Origin: an uncultured Chroococcidiopsis sp.
GTDB lineage: Bacteria; Cyanobacteriota; Cyanobacteriia; Cyanobacteriales; Chroococcidiopsidaceae
DNA length: 64,000 nt
Assembly (NCBI GenBank): GCA_964248365.1
Contig: CAXTYC010000001.1
Coordinates: forward strand, 224,001-288,000
Reading direction: 5' to 3'
The notes beneath the pieces were generated by a model. The model was not told the DNA's origin. It saw nothing but the letters and a program-made list of their open reading frames with translations, and did not search any database. Below are positions 10,604 to 19,934 of this stretch, one piece after another (the first letter of the stretch is position 1; every line of letters starts with the position of its first letter). The translations under genes and the position numbers were made by a program.

Positions 10604-11893
10604 TTATGGATATAAACCCCGATCAGCCAGCGCCTGAGCAACGCGACCTACGCCCAACGTGTAAGCTGCTAACCTTAAAGGTATCTGCCGAGTTTTTGCC
10701 TGTTGAACAACCTGTTGATACGCCTGCACCATCAAGCGCTCCATTTCCCGATTGACGCGCTCCTCATCCCAAAATACGTAGGAAAGTCCCTGCACCCATT
10801 CCAGATAACTCACTACCACCCCCCCAGCATTTGCCAAGATATCAGGTAGGACGGTCACTCCTCGTGCTTCCAGCGTCTGATCTGCCTTTAGGGTAACTGG
10901 TCCATTAGCTGCTTCTGCCACAATAGAAGCTTGAATCTGATTTACGTTTTCCTCAGTAATTTGGTTCTCCAAAGTGGCTGGGATCAAGACATCACAAGGC
11001 AAAGTCAGCAATTCGGCGTTGGTGATTGGTTCAGCTTGCCCAAAACCTTTAATACTCCTACGATTTTCAGCAGCATAACTCTTCAAAGCTGGAATATCTA
11101 AACCCGCAGGGGCAAACACTCCACCATGACCAGTGGAAACAGCCAGGATTTTCGCCCCAGCTTGATGCAGTAATAAAGCTGCTGCACTGCCCACATTCCC
11201 AAAGCCTTGGATCGCTACTCGCGCTCCCTCCAGCGACTTTCCTCGCTCTGCTAGTGCCTCGCGCACGGTAATCATTACACCCCGTCCGGTCGCCATTTCC
11301 CGTCCCCGCGAGCCACCAATTGAAATAGGTTTACCAGTCACTACCCCAGGTACAGCGTGACCTACATTTACCGAGTAAGTATCCATCATCCACGCCATTT
11401 CACGGGCGGAAGTACCCATATCTGGAGCGGGAATATCTACCGCAGGACCAATATCTTTAATCAACTCACTGGTGTAACGTCGAGTGATCCGTTCTAGTTC
11501 ACCAACGCTATAGCGTGTCGGATCTATAGCAATACCGCCTTTTGCACCGCCGTAGGGTATACCTAAGAGCGCACATTTCCAAGTCATCAGCATTGCCAAA
11601 GCTGACACTTCCCGCAAGGTGACAGCCGGATGGTAACGTATCCCACCTTTATAGGGACCTAAGACATCACAGTGCTGCACTCGATGCCCTGCCAATACTT
11701 GCACTTCCCCATTATCTAATTTTACCGGAATGGATACGGTAACTACCTTGCGTGGGTTACTAAGAACCACAAGCAAGCCCATATCCATTTTTAACTCTTT
11801 AGCTGCCTGTTCTAGGTAACTACAAGCTTGATCGTAGGGACAGATATGCGCTGGGGAGGTTGCTTGTGGAGGTAGCAGCGATTTGGAAATCAT
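10604..11893 (-). CDS. gdhA: Glutamate dehydrogenase (Glu/Leu/Phe/Val dehydrogenase family)
   Basis: GPYKGGIRYHP, YGGAKGG, DIPAPD, QGFGNVG, NAGGVVVSYLEW. Confidence 0.93.
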   Translation of the reverse strand: MISKSLLPPQATSPAHICPYDQACSYLEQAAKELKMDMGLLVVLSNPRKVVTVSIPVKLDNGEVQVLAGHRVQHCDVLGPYKGGIRYHPAVTLREVSALAMLMTWKCALLGIPYGGAKGGIAIDPTRYSVGELERITRRYTSELIKDIGPAVDIPAPDMGTSAREMAWMMDTYSVNVGHAVPGVVTGKPISIGGSRGREMATGRGVMITVREALAERGKSLEGARVAIQGFGNVGSAAALLLHQAGAKILAVSTGHGGVFAPAGLDIPALKSYAAENRRSIKGFGQAEPITNAELLTLPCDVLIPATLENQITEENVNQIQASIVAEAANGPVTLKADQTLEARGVTVLPDILANAGGVVVSYLEWVQGLSYVFWDEERVNREMERLMVQAYQQVVQQAKTRQIPLRLAAYTLGVGRVAQALADRGLYP

Positions 11894-12041
11894 ATTTTTG
11901 TGTTGTGGCGATCGCCCGATAAACAAGTAGGGGTGGTTTTATTAGGTTATCTGTTGTCTTGCCAGTCATATCTATTTCCAGCGCCCCTACTAACTGTCGT
12001 ATTACTAGTATCCTCCCGTTTTATGGCAAATCGTTACTTTC

Positions 12042-12055
12042 GTAACATTCGTTAC
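12042..12055. promoter_or_regulatory. Candidate NtcA box (GTA-N8-TAC) upstream of gdhA
   Basis: GTAACATTCGTTAC inside the palindrome CGTAAC-ATTC-GTTACG, about 150 bp upstream of the gdhA ATG. Confidence 0.5.
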
Positions 12056-12142
12056 GTTTTTCATTTGCCCTTTGTGTTACTGGCTAGTGGTTCATGGTTC
12101 AAAGCTATTAAAAATGAACTATCAACAATGAACAATAAGCTA

Positions 12143-12952
12143 TTAGCTGATTGCTACTTCTTGGGCATGAGAGTCTAAAAAATGTTCACGCTGCATAATT
12201 TCGTAGAGGTTGATATCTGCTTCTAATAAACAGGCGTGACCACTATAAGGCAGCACCACTACTTGAGCGGATGGTAAAATTTTAACTAACCGTTGGGCTT
12301 CATTTACAGAAGGTAAGAGCCGATCCATTGCACTAGCAATCAGCAGCACTGGTTGAGTTAGCCGACGTAACTGAGTTTCATCTAGATCAAATTGTCTAAT
12401 TAAAGACAACCGCCAGAGAACAGTTTCTGGCGGTACAGAGCGCATAGTTTTCAGAAATTCTTGGCGATCGCTCAGGTTAATTCGCCCTAAAGATGCTATA
12501 AACGCTAACAACCCCAAAGCACCAAATGGATATAAACACGGTGGCACTAAGTAAGCAAGTTGAGATCCCCATACGAGTAAGGGGCGACGATGCAGCGAAG
12601 AAGCTGGATTAATCAGAATAATCCTGTCAAATATCTGGGGCGACGTTACTGCTATTTTCATTGCCAAACAACCGCCAAAAGACTCGCCGCATAGGTAAAC
12701 TGAGCGCTGGGAATTTTTTTCTAGTTCAGTTTCGATTAACTTGATCACTTGCTGACTGAGCACATCCCAATCCGTCGAATCGTCGGGCGGGATCATCAAG
12801 CAGCGCACATCAAAGGCGGCTTCTAAACCAGCAGTTTGCGATCGCAATAATTGTCCTGTGCCATCCATCCCTGGTAAAAACACAAACAGCGGATACTCTG
12901 GCTGAAGTTTTTTGGGTGTGAGAAAACAAGGACGGTTCTTAACTGCTGTCAT
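12143..12952 (-). CDS. Alpha/beta hydrolase resembling the hydrolase half of ELT/phytyl ester synthases
   Basis: FLPGMDGTG, nucleophile elbow GESFGG, DRLLPS, SGHACLLE; the ORF-track N-terminal extension is STRR read-through. Confidence 0.8.
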   Translation of the reverse strand: MTAVKNRPCFLTPKKLQPEYPLFVFLPGMDGTGQLLRSQTAGLEAAFDVRCLMIPPDDSTDWDVLSQQVIKLIETELEKNSQRSVYLCGESFGGCLAMKIAVTSPQIFDRIILINPASSLHRRPLLVWGSQLAYLVPPCLYPFGALGLLAFIASLGRINLSDRQEFLKTMRSVPPETVLWRLSLIRQFDLDETQLRRLTQPVLLIASAMDRLLPSVNEAQRLVKILPSAQVVVLPYSGHACLLEADINLYEIMQREHFLDSHAQEVAIS

Positions 12953-13045
12953 TGTTAAATTCAAATTCAAACTGTAAATTTTAATTAATTTTTCTACAAA
13001 TTTAACATTTATACAGTCTTTTAAATGTTGCTTTACTCTAAGAGT

Positions 13046-13121
13046 AGTTGGTAACTGGTAACTGGTAGTTGATAGTTGGTAGTTGGTAACTGATAACTGG
13101 TAACTGGTAACTGATAACTGG
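13046..13121. repeat. Heptamer STRR array (TGGTAAC/TGGTAGT/TGATAAC)
   Basis: Directly visible tandem 7-mers. Confidence 0.9.
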
Positions 13122-13871
13122 TTAATAACAACCTTGTTGCAACAGATTAGCAATTTCTGACTCGCAATAATGTGTCAGCTCAGACACTACAGTTTTTGCT
13201 TGTTTGCCCTGATATTGTTCGCGCTGTTGTGGTGTAATCCACAATGGACGACCAATTAAGACAGCAGCACGGTGATAGATAACTAGAGGATGCCAACCTG
13301 GTTGATTAAATAAAGGTTCCGAAGGATCAAACAAGCTCAATAGCTTTAGGGGTACGGATGATGTGTTAACTTCCCAAAGGGATGCGATCGCAACAGGCAA
13401 AACTACCAAATCCTCCACTGGTTTATACATTTCTCCACCACAAGCAGTTCGCAAAGCTAGATGGGCAAATCCCCGCCCAAACTCTTGCATTTGATGAGGC
13501 TGGCTAAATTCCACCATCGATTTTGTTCCCTCTGGAAACACCCCAACTACCTGCCTATTTTGCAATAACCTCATTGCCTGTTGAAAAAAGCTTTGCTGAC
13601 GGTACTGCGGCGTATCTAATGGAAAACAACCAAGTTGCCCTGTGACTATCTCTCGCATCACTGGCACTTGCCCCATATAATGATGACAAGCAAAACGAAT
13701 CGGACGTTCTACGGCACTCATCAAGATTGGGGCATCCATAAAGCTGCGATGATTGCTCACTACTAACATCGCTCCATCCCTAGAAACGCGATCGCCATAG
13801 TAGCGAAACACTTTAGTTCCCAGCGTTGCCAGTAACCCGTTAGAAATTTGCAAAGGGCTGTTTGCACTCAT
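13122..13871 (-). CDS. PlsC/LPLAT family acyltransferase
   Basis: NHRSFMD (HxxxxD) and VFPEG motifs. Confidence 0.88.
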   Translation of the reverse strand: MSANSPLQISNGLLATLGTKVFRYYGDRVSRDGAMLVVSNHRSFMDAPILMSAVERPIRFACHHYMGQVPVMREIVTGQLGCFPLDTPQYRQQSFFQQAMRLLQNRQVVGVFPEGTKSMVEFSQPHQMQEFGRGFAHLALRTACGGEMYKPVEDLVVLPVAIASLWEVNTSSVPLKLLSLFDPSEPLFNQPGWHPLVIYHRAAVLIGRPLWITPQQREQYQGKQAKTVVSELTHYCESEIANLLQQGCY

Positions 13872-14019
13872 GCACTACTAAATATAAATTTCTTATCTAA
13901 AAAATCAGTTTTACCAATATTTGGCAAGCTAATATTATAGCAATATTTAATTATTTTCACATTTGTTTACCAAGCAGCGTGAGTATCTTAGGGTAGAAAT
14001 GTTTGACGATCGCGGGGCT

Positions 14020-14165
14020 GTTACCAGTTACCAGTTACCTGGAGGCAAGAGGCAAGTTGCCCAAGGCAAGAGACAAGTTACCAGTTACCAACTACCAACT
14101 ACCAACTACCAACTACCAACTACCAGTTACCGCGCTTGGCTAACAGCTAATAGCTAACAGCTAAT
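14020..14165. repeat. Mixed heptamer STRR arrays (GTTACCA/ACTACCA/GGCAAGA)
   Basis: Directly visible; reverse complement of the 13046 array. Confidence 0.85.
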
Positions 14166-14302
14166 CGCTTTTAAGTGATATTTTTAACAGCGCTAATCAA
14201 AAATTAGCTGTAAGTGTGTTGTGTGAAAAATTAATAAAAATACATAACTGACATTGCTGATATATGATGGGAGTGAGTTTTTTATAATCTGCTTAAAATT
14301 CG

Positions 14303-15904
14303 ATGAATATAGCTGATAACAGTAAAGAAACATTCGCTGTTACAACGCCACTATATTATGTAAATGATATACCTCATATAGGTAGTGCTTATCCAACGAT
14401 CGCGGCGGATGTACTAGCTCGGTTTGAGAGACTGCAAGGCAAGCCTGTACTGATGATTACAGGAACAGACGAGCATGGTCAAAAAATTGAACGAGCGGCA
14501 CACAGTAATGGGCGATCGCCTCAAGAATACTGCGATCAAATTGTGCCTCAGTTTGTCTCACTTTGGCAACAACTAAATATTCAATCCGATCGCTTTAGTC
14601 GTACCACTGCGCCCAAGCATGAAGCAATTGTCAACGAATTTTTTCGGCGCGTGTGGGACAAAGGCGACATCTATCTAGACAGACAGCAAGGCTGGTATTG
14701 TGTCTCCTGCGAAGAATTTAAAGAAGAACGAGAACTTTTAGAAGGACATCGCTGCACTCTCCACCCCAATAAACAAGCAGAGTGGCGAGACGAACAAAAT
14801 TACTTCTTCCGACTATCGCGCTATCAAAACCAACTAGAAGCACTTTATCAAAATCAACCCTTTTTTATCCAGCCAGAAAGTCGCCGCAACGAAGTTCTCA
14901 ACTTTGTCAATCAAGGACTACGAGACTTTTCGATTTCGCGGGTAAATTTAGATTGGGGAATCCCAGTACCTGGCGATCCCAGCCATAAAATATATGTCTG
15001 GTTTGATGCACTATTAGGTTATATAACAGCCCTACTCGATCCAGATAGCGAACCCACACTAGAAAATGCTTTATCTAAGTGGTGGCCCATTAACTTACAT
15101 TTAATCGGTAAGGATATACTAAGATTCCACGCCGTATACTGGCCTGCGATGCTAATGTCGGCTGAGTTATCATTACCAGGGCGAGTATTTGGGCATGGCT
15201 TTTTGACCAAGGATGGTCAAAAAATGGGCAAAACTCTCGGTAATACGATTGATCCAGTTGCTTTAGTCAAGCAGTACGGTGCTGATGCTGTCCGCTACTA
15301 CTTTCTCAAAGAAATTGAATTTGGTAAAGACGGCGATTTTAATGAAACTCGGTTTATCAATATTCTCAATGCTGATTTAGCAAATGATTTGGGGAACTTG
15401 CTCAATCGGACATTGAACATGGTACGCAAGTATTGTAATGGAAATGTGCCGAATTGCACAAGTGAAGATCTGCCGGAGGATCACCCGCTGCTTGCGATCG
15501 CTTTACCTCTAGGGGAACAAGTTAAACAACATTACCAAGCGCTAGCCTTCAATCAAGCCTGTGAAGCAATTCTTAACTTAGTCAGAGCTAGCAATAAGTT
15601 TATCGATGAGCAAGCACCCTGGACTTTATATAAGCAAGGGCGAGTGCAAGATGTTGAAAGAGTGTTGTATGCTGTCTTAGAATCAGTCAGACTAGCAGCA
15701 TATCTGCTATCACCAGTTATTCCCAATATCTCAACCGAGATTTACAAGCAGTTAGGCTTTGCAATTGATTTTAACAATAAAAACCAAATTTCTATTGCCG
15801 CGCCATTTCATATTCATGCTACTTGGGGAATACTAAGCCAGAAGCAGCAGTTGGGCGATCCCCGACCAGTGTTTCAAAGATTAGAATTGCTGGAAACTGT
15901 TTGA
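14303..15904 (+). CDS. metG: Methionyl-tRNA synthetase
   Basis: HIGS, GTDEHG, YVWFDAL, GKDILRFH, KMGKT. Confidence 0.97.
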   Translation: MNIADNSKETFAVTTPLYYVNDIPHIGSAYPTIAADVLARFERLQGKPVLMITGTDEHGQKIERAAHSNGRSPQEYCDQIVPQFVSLWQQLNIQSDRFSRTTAPKHEAIVNEFFRRVWDKGDIYLDRQQGWYCVSCEEFKEERELLEGHRCTLHPNKQAEWRDEQNYFFRLSRYQNQLEALYQNQPFFIQPESRRNEVLNFVNQGLRDFSISRVNLDWGIPVPGDPSHKIYVWFDALLGYITALLDPDSEPTLENALSKWWPINLHLIGKDILRFHAVYWPAMLMSAELSLPGRVFGHGFLTKDGQKMGKTLGNTIDPVALVKQYGADAVRYYFLKEIEFGKDGDFNETRFINILNADLANDLGNLLNRTLNMVRKYCNGNVPNCTSEDLPEDHPLLAIALPLGEQVKQHYQALAFNQACEAILNLVRASNKFIDEQAPWTLYKQGRVQDVERVLYAVLESVRLAAYLLSPVIPNISTEIYKQLGFAIDFNNKNQISIAAPFHIHATWGILSQKQQLGDPRPVFQRLELLETV

Positions 15905-16063
15905 GTATAAGCAAACGTAGGAATGGAATTTTTACGGGCTTGACAAATCAAGCCTGTAGTTTGTTCTACCTGGCGTTGGCGCTAACTCAAGGTAATAAAA
16001 ATCATCCAAGAATTATCAATTTTTCCAATTTTCATTTTTTAATAAAAACCGAGGCATAACACA

Positions 16064-16711
16064 ATGATGTTCAACAGTAGAGAGTTTGAAAACAACTCAA
16101 TCTTTACTCCAGAACAAGTTCTAGAGAATAGGGGACGGGTAGCCATTTTTATTGATGGCTCAAATTTGTTCTATGCAGCTTTGCAACTGGGGATTGAAAT
16201 AGATTACACCAAACTGCTGTGTCGGTTAACAGCAGGATCAAGGCTGTTGCGATCGTTCTTCTACACAGGAGTAGATCGCACCAATGACAAGCAACAGGGG
16301 TTTTTGTTGTGGATGCGTCGAAATGGATATCGGGTAATAGCCAAGGATTTAGTGCAGCTACCAGATGGCTCTAAGAAAGCTAACTTAGATGTAGAAATTG
16401 CCGTTGATATGATGGCTTTGGTGGATTCTTACGATACGGCTGTGTTAGTCAGTGGTGACGGGGATCTAGCTTATGCAGTCAATGCAGTTAGTTATCGCGG
16501 CGCGAGGGTAGAGGTGGTAAGTCTGCGCTCAATGACAAGCGACAGTTTAATTAATGTTAGCGATCGCTATATTGATTTAGAGGGGATCAAAGAAGATATT
16601 CAAAAAACCCCCCGCTCACCAGGCTACTCTTACCGTCCATTATCAAGTTTAGACTTGATGGAAACGTCTTCAGGTGACGGAGCAAGTATGATTGAAACCT
16701 CGGAACCCTAA
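16064..16711 (+). CDS. NYN domain protein (LabA/DUF88 family)
   Basis: IFIDGSNLFY, KANLDVEIAVD, LVSGDGDL. Confidence 0.9.
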   Translation: MMFNSREFENNSIFTPEQVLENRGRVAIFIDGSNLFYAALQLGIEIDYTKLLCRLTAGSRLLRSFFYTGVDRTNDKQQGFLLWMRRNGYRVIAKDLVQLPDGSKKANLDVEIAVDMMALVDSYDTAVLVSGDGDLAYAVNAVSYRGARVEVVSLRSMTSDSLINVSDRYIDLEGIKEDIQKTPRSPGYSYRPLSSLDLMETSSGDGASMIETSEP

Positions 16712-16735
16712 AATAGGAGATCCACGTCACCAGTT

Positions 16736-16799
16736 GTAGGGGCGGGTTTGTTTTTTGTTATCCCCAGACAATCAAAATTATCTATAAACCCGCCCCTAC
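16736..16799. repeat. REPIN (GTAGGGGCGGGTTT...AAACCCGCCCCTAC)
   Basis: Perfect 14-bp inverted arms, same family as the copies around the RAYT. Confidence 0.9.
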
Positions 16800-16884
16800 A
16801 AAAGACCCACGATAGAAGAATGAAGAATGATAAATGCTGAATTTTGAATTCATAATTTATCATTCTTCATTCCAAGTAAATTAA

Positions 16885-18042
16885 ATGCCTAATAGCTTCA
16901 TAGTGATCTACCGCTGCTGGACAATACCAATAGTCGGTGTAATGCTGACATTTTTACTATTTGCCTGTGGGGATCAAACTCAAACAGTAGAAAAACCATC
17001 CCAAAACACTTCATCAGATACTTCATCTGCACAAGCGGTAGAGCGCAACTTGACGTTTAATGATGTGGCTCTAGAACAGTCGGATCAGCAGGGGCGACCA
17101 TTTTGGAAAGTAAAGGCAAAGCAAGCAACCTATAGTAATGATCGCAAAGTTGCTCAAGTTGAGAGTCCAAACGGTCAACTGTATCAGGATGGCAAGCCAC
17201 TATATTACATTACTGCCCAAACAGGAGAAATTGAGCAAGATGGTGAAAGGCTATATCTTAAGGGAAATATCGTAGCCAAAGATCCAGCGCGTAATTTGGT
17301 GTTGCGTGGGAACGAGTTAGAATGGCGACCTAAGCAGGCTCTTTTAATTGTCCGCGATCGCTTGACTGGGAACAATCCCCAAGTGCAGGTAGTGGCAAAG
17401 GAGGCGCAAGTTTTCAGTCGAGCCGAACGGATAGAATTATACGGTGGGGTGCAAGCGACATCTAACGATCCCACCTTGCAAATGCGGACTGAACACGTAA
17501 CTTGGCTGATTGGAGGGCAGAGGTTAATAGGCGATCGCCCGATTCAAATTGACCGCTACGAAAATAAAAAAATCACCGACCGAGGAACTGCAAATGCAGG
17601 CGAAGTCAACTTAAAAACTAAGGTTGCTACATTCGGGCAAAATGCTCAAATTTCCCTACTTCAACCGCCGATATTGGTAACGGGCGACAAACTGAGCTGG
17701 AATATGAACACCCAAATCGTCACAGCAGATCAGCCTGTGCGGATAGTACATCGTCAACAACAAACCACAGTGACTGCAAACAGGGGCAGAATGGATTTGA
17801 AGAAACAGATAGCATATTTGAGCGGAAATGTCAATGGGGTTGGTCAGCAGCGGCAATCGCTACGAGCTAATACCCTAACTTGGAATATTCCCACTCAGGA
17901 TATGGAAGCAAATGGCAATGTGTTTTACAGCCAAGTTAACCCAGCAGCAAGTTTCAAAGGACAAAAAGCCGTCGGCAACCTACAACAGCAAAATATAGTT
18001 GTAACTGGCGATCGAGTATTGACTGAGATTGTGCCGCAGTAG
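16885..18042 (+). CDS. lptC: LPS export periplasmic protein LptC (cyanobacterial long form), lipoprotein
   Basis: Lipobox LFAC, repeated beta-jellyroll-type sequence, position after the NYN gene. Confidence 0.8.
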   Translation: MPNSFIVIYRCWTIPIVGVMLTFLLFACGDQTQTVEKPSQNTSSDTSSAQAVERNLTFNDVALEQSDQQGRPFWKVKAKQATYSNDRKVAQVESPNGQLYQDGKPLYYITAQTGEIEQDGERLYLKGNIVAKDPARNLVLRGNELEWRPKQALLIVRDRLTGNNPQVQVVAKEAQVFSRAERIELYGGVQATSNDPTLQMRTEHVTWLIGGQRLIGDRPIQIDRYENKKITDRGTANAGEVNLKTKVATFGQNAQISLLQPPILVTGDKLSWNMNTQIVTADQPVRIVHRQQQTTVTANRGRMDLKKQIAYLSGNVNGVGQQRQSLRANTLTWNIPTQDMEANGNVFYSQVNPAASFKGQKAVGNLQQQNIVVTGDRVLTEIVPQ

Positions 18043-18043
18043 T

Positions 18044-18210
18044 GAGGGGCGAGGGGCGAGGGGCTAGAGGCTAGGGAGAGGGTGAGAGGGGGAGAGTGGG
18101 AGAGGGGGAAGTCGTGCATTCGGAATTACATTTACCCTTTACCCTTTACCCTTTTCCCTTTACCCTTTACCCCTTTCACCAACTATCAACTACCAACTAC
18201 CACTAACTAT
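18044..18210. repeat. Mixed heptamer STRR tract (GAGGGGC, TTTACCC, ACTACCA)
   Basis: Directly visible between convergent genes. Confidence 0.85.
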
Positions 18211-18217
18211 TAAGCAT

Positions 18218-18952
18218 TCATAATTTAACCAAGACTCCAGGTTCTCGCTGGATGGGGACTACATCTAAAATATCTGTTTCGGCGCAGTATTTTAGGTCGG
18301 TGTGACAGTCAAGGCGCAAAAGTCGTTTACCATGACTGGCTTGGTGGAACAATTCTAATAACTTATCTTGCCATTGAGTGTAAAGCGCGATCGCCCCAAC
18401 AACTTCATCGTTACCCGCCAGATCTTCTAAAGGCGAGTTAGTTTGTGTTAGTAGACTATGTGCGATCGCCCCAGCGCAAGCTGTATCTTCTAGGGAAAAA
18501 CTACCCTCCCAGCCAGAGCCAACAATCCACACAGTTTCAGGCTGCTTTTGCAAGACATACTGTACGATCGCTGCACGGTTGACAAAAGCAGATGCCATTA
18601 CAGTTGGAGCTGCTTGTATTCTTTCTAAGGCACGAGTGCCATTGGTGGTACTGATAAATAATCGTCTTCCCTGCACTCGTTCTGGTGTACAGTCGAGGGG
18701 AGAGTTACCCATATCAAAGCCAGTCACTTTCGCCCCGCCGCGTTCTCCCGCCCGTAGTCGTTTGTCAGCCTGCCAATTTTCGCTCACCTGCATCAGTTGA
18801 TCTAAATCGCTAAATACTTGCACAGCTTCGCCTCCTGCGGCTAAGACTGTCGCCATTGTCGTCGTTGCTCGTAGTACATCTACAGCGATCGCACAGTCTG
18901 GTAGGTGATCTGTGGGAGTCAGTTCAGGGGTGTGGTAAACAAATAGCTTCAC
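18218..18952 (-). CDS. comB: 2-phosphosulfolactate phosphatase family protein
   Basis: [35 protein letters not shown] start at 18952. Confidence 0.92.
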   Translation of the reverse strand: MKLFVYHTPELTPTDHLPDCAIAVDVLRATTTMATVLAAGGEAVQVFSDLDQLMQVSENWQADKRLRAGERGGAKVTGFDMGNSPLDCTPERVQGRRLFISTTNGTRALERIQAAPTVMASAFVNRAAIVQYVLQKQPETVWIVGSGWEGSFSLEDTACAGAIAHSLLTQTNSPLEDLAGNDEVVGAIALYTQWQDKLLELFHQASHGKRLLRLDCHTDLKYCAETDILDVVPIQREPGVLVKL

Positions 18953-19092
18953 AAGTGGGCAGTATATATAATCCAAACTTTCGCAATCTTACCAAATTAC
19001 TGAGCTATTCTTTGTAATTTGTGCAGAAAGACCCGTGCGATCGCAAGATTACAATCAAATTAAAACCGCATTAACACACACAGTTAATTCAT

Positions 19093-19410
19093 ATGACTCA
19101 ATCAAACCCAAAACCCCCAGTACGTCGAGGCAGAATATTCCCAGAACGCACTTTACTACCAGAAGAACTAGCTAGACGCAAAGCTGAACGAGTTGCATTT
19201 CATCAGCGTTGTCGAGCAATTTTTGACCTCGTGCGTCCCTCTCTGGTTGATCAATACTATGGCTGGTACATTGCCGTTGAACCGGATAGCGGTGATTATT
19301 TCATAGATGCAGATAAAGAAGCCGCAAGCCTTAAAGCACGTCAAAAGCACCCACACGCTATCCACTGTATGTTCTGCCTCAATGAGACTGGAGCCACTGG
19401 CAGAATATGA
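19093..19410 (+). CDS. Small hypothetical protein (DUF5678-like) preceding an aspartyl protease
   Basis: YYGWYIAVEPDSGDYFI...KARQKHP...GATGRI; ATGA overlap with the next gene. Confidence 0.65.
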   Translation: MTQSNPKPPVRRGRIFPERTLLPEELARRKAERVAFHQRCRAIFDLVRPSLVDQYYGWYIAVEPDSGDYFIDADKEAASLKARQKHPHAIHCMFCLNETGATGRI

Positions 19411-19769
19411 TTCACGGTACGTTTGGCGAGAGAGGGCAGCTATTTTTTCAAATTGATTTGATCGCATTTGATGGATTACATCTACCTGTTGATGCCCTGT
19501 TGGATACAGGTTTCACTGAGTTTCTTGCTATCAATCAACAAGACTTAGATGCTCTTGAGTGGCATTTTATCCGAGAGGAAGAACTGCAAACGGCACAAGG
19601 AAAAAGCATTTTTGACCTTTATACAGGCAAGGTGCTAATAGATGAACAAGAGTATGAAATTCCTGTTTTTGCTGGAGAGGAAATTAGAGAATTTTTGTGG
19701 AGTTCACAATGGTTAAAGATTTTGCCGCTGGTGGTAAATTATCAGGCTGACTTACTGACATTGGGATGA
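19407..19769 (+). CDS. Clan AA (retropepsin-like) aspartyl protease
   Basis: MIHGTF start, ALLDTGF catalytic motif, TAQG flap; the usual LLG motif reads LWS. Confidence 0.8.
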   Translation: MIHGTFGERGQLFFQIDLIAFDGLHLPVDALLDTGFTEFLAINQQDLDALEWHFIREEELQTAQGKSIFDLYTGKVLIDEQEYEIPVFAGEEIREFLWSSQWLKILPLVVNYQADLLTLG

Positions 19770-19934
19770 AAGTATCCTGAATTTTTCTCTGCTGTCGAAT
19801 CGAATTTTAGCTAATAGGTATTTCGGCGAAAATTCAAAGCGATCGCTTTTCTAATTCCTGCCCTTAATTCGCCTTAAGTAGCTAGGCAACGGAGATAAAA
19901 ACTAGCATCTTTGGGAGGCACTTATAGCAGACGT

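Noticed and set aside
12953..13153. N-terminal extension of the hydrolase ORF (LSVTSYQ repeats)
   Set aside because: Translation of heptamer STRR DNA; the ATG at 12952 is the more plausible start
13963..14157. Short ORFs made of STRR translations (also 3561-3839, 17925-18119, 25114-25308, 36717-36959)
   Set aside because: Low-complexity products of tandem repeats with no protein-family signal
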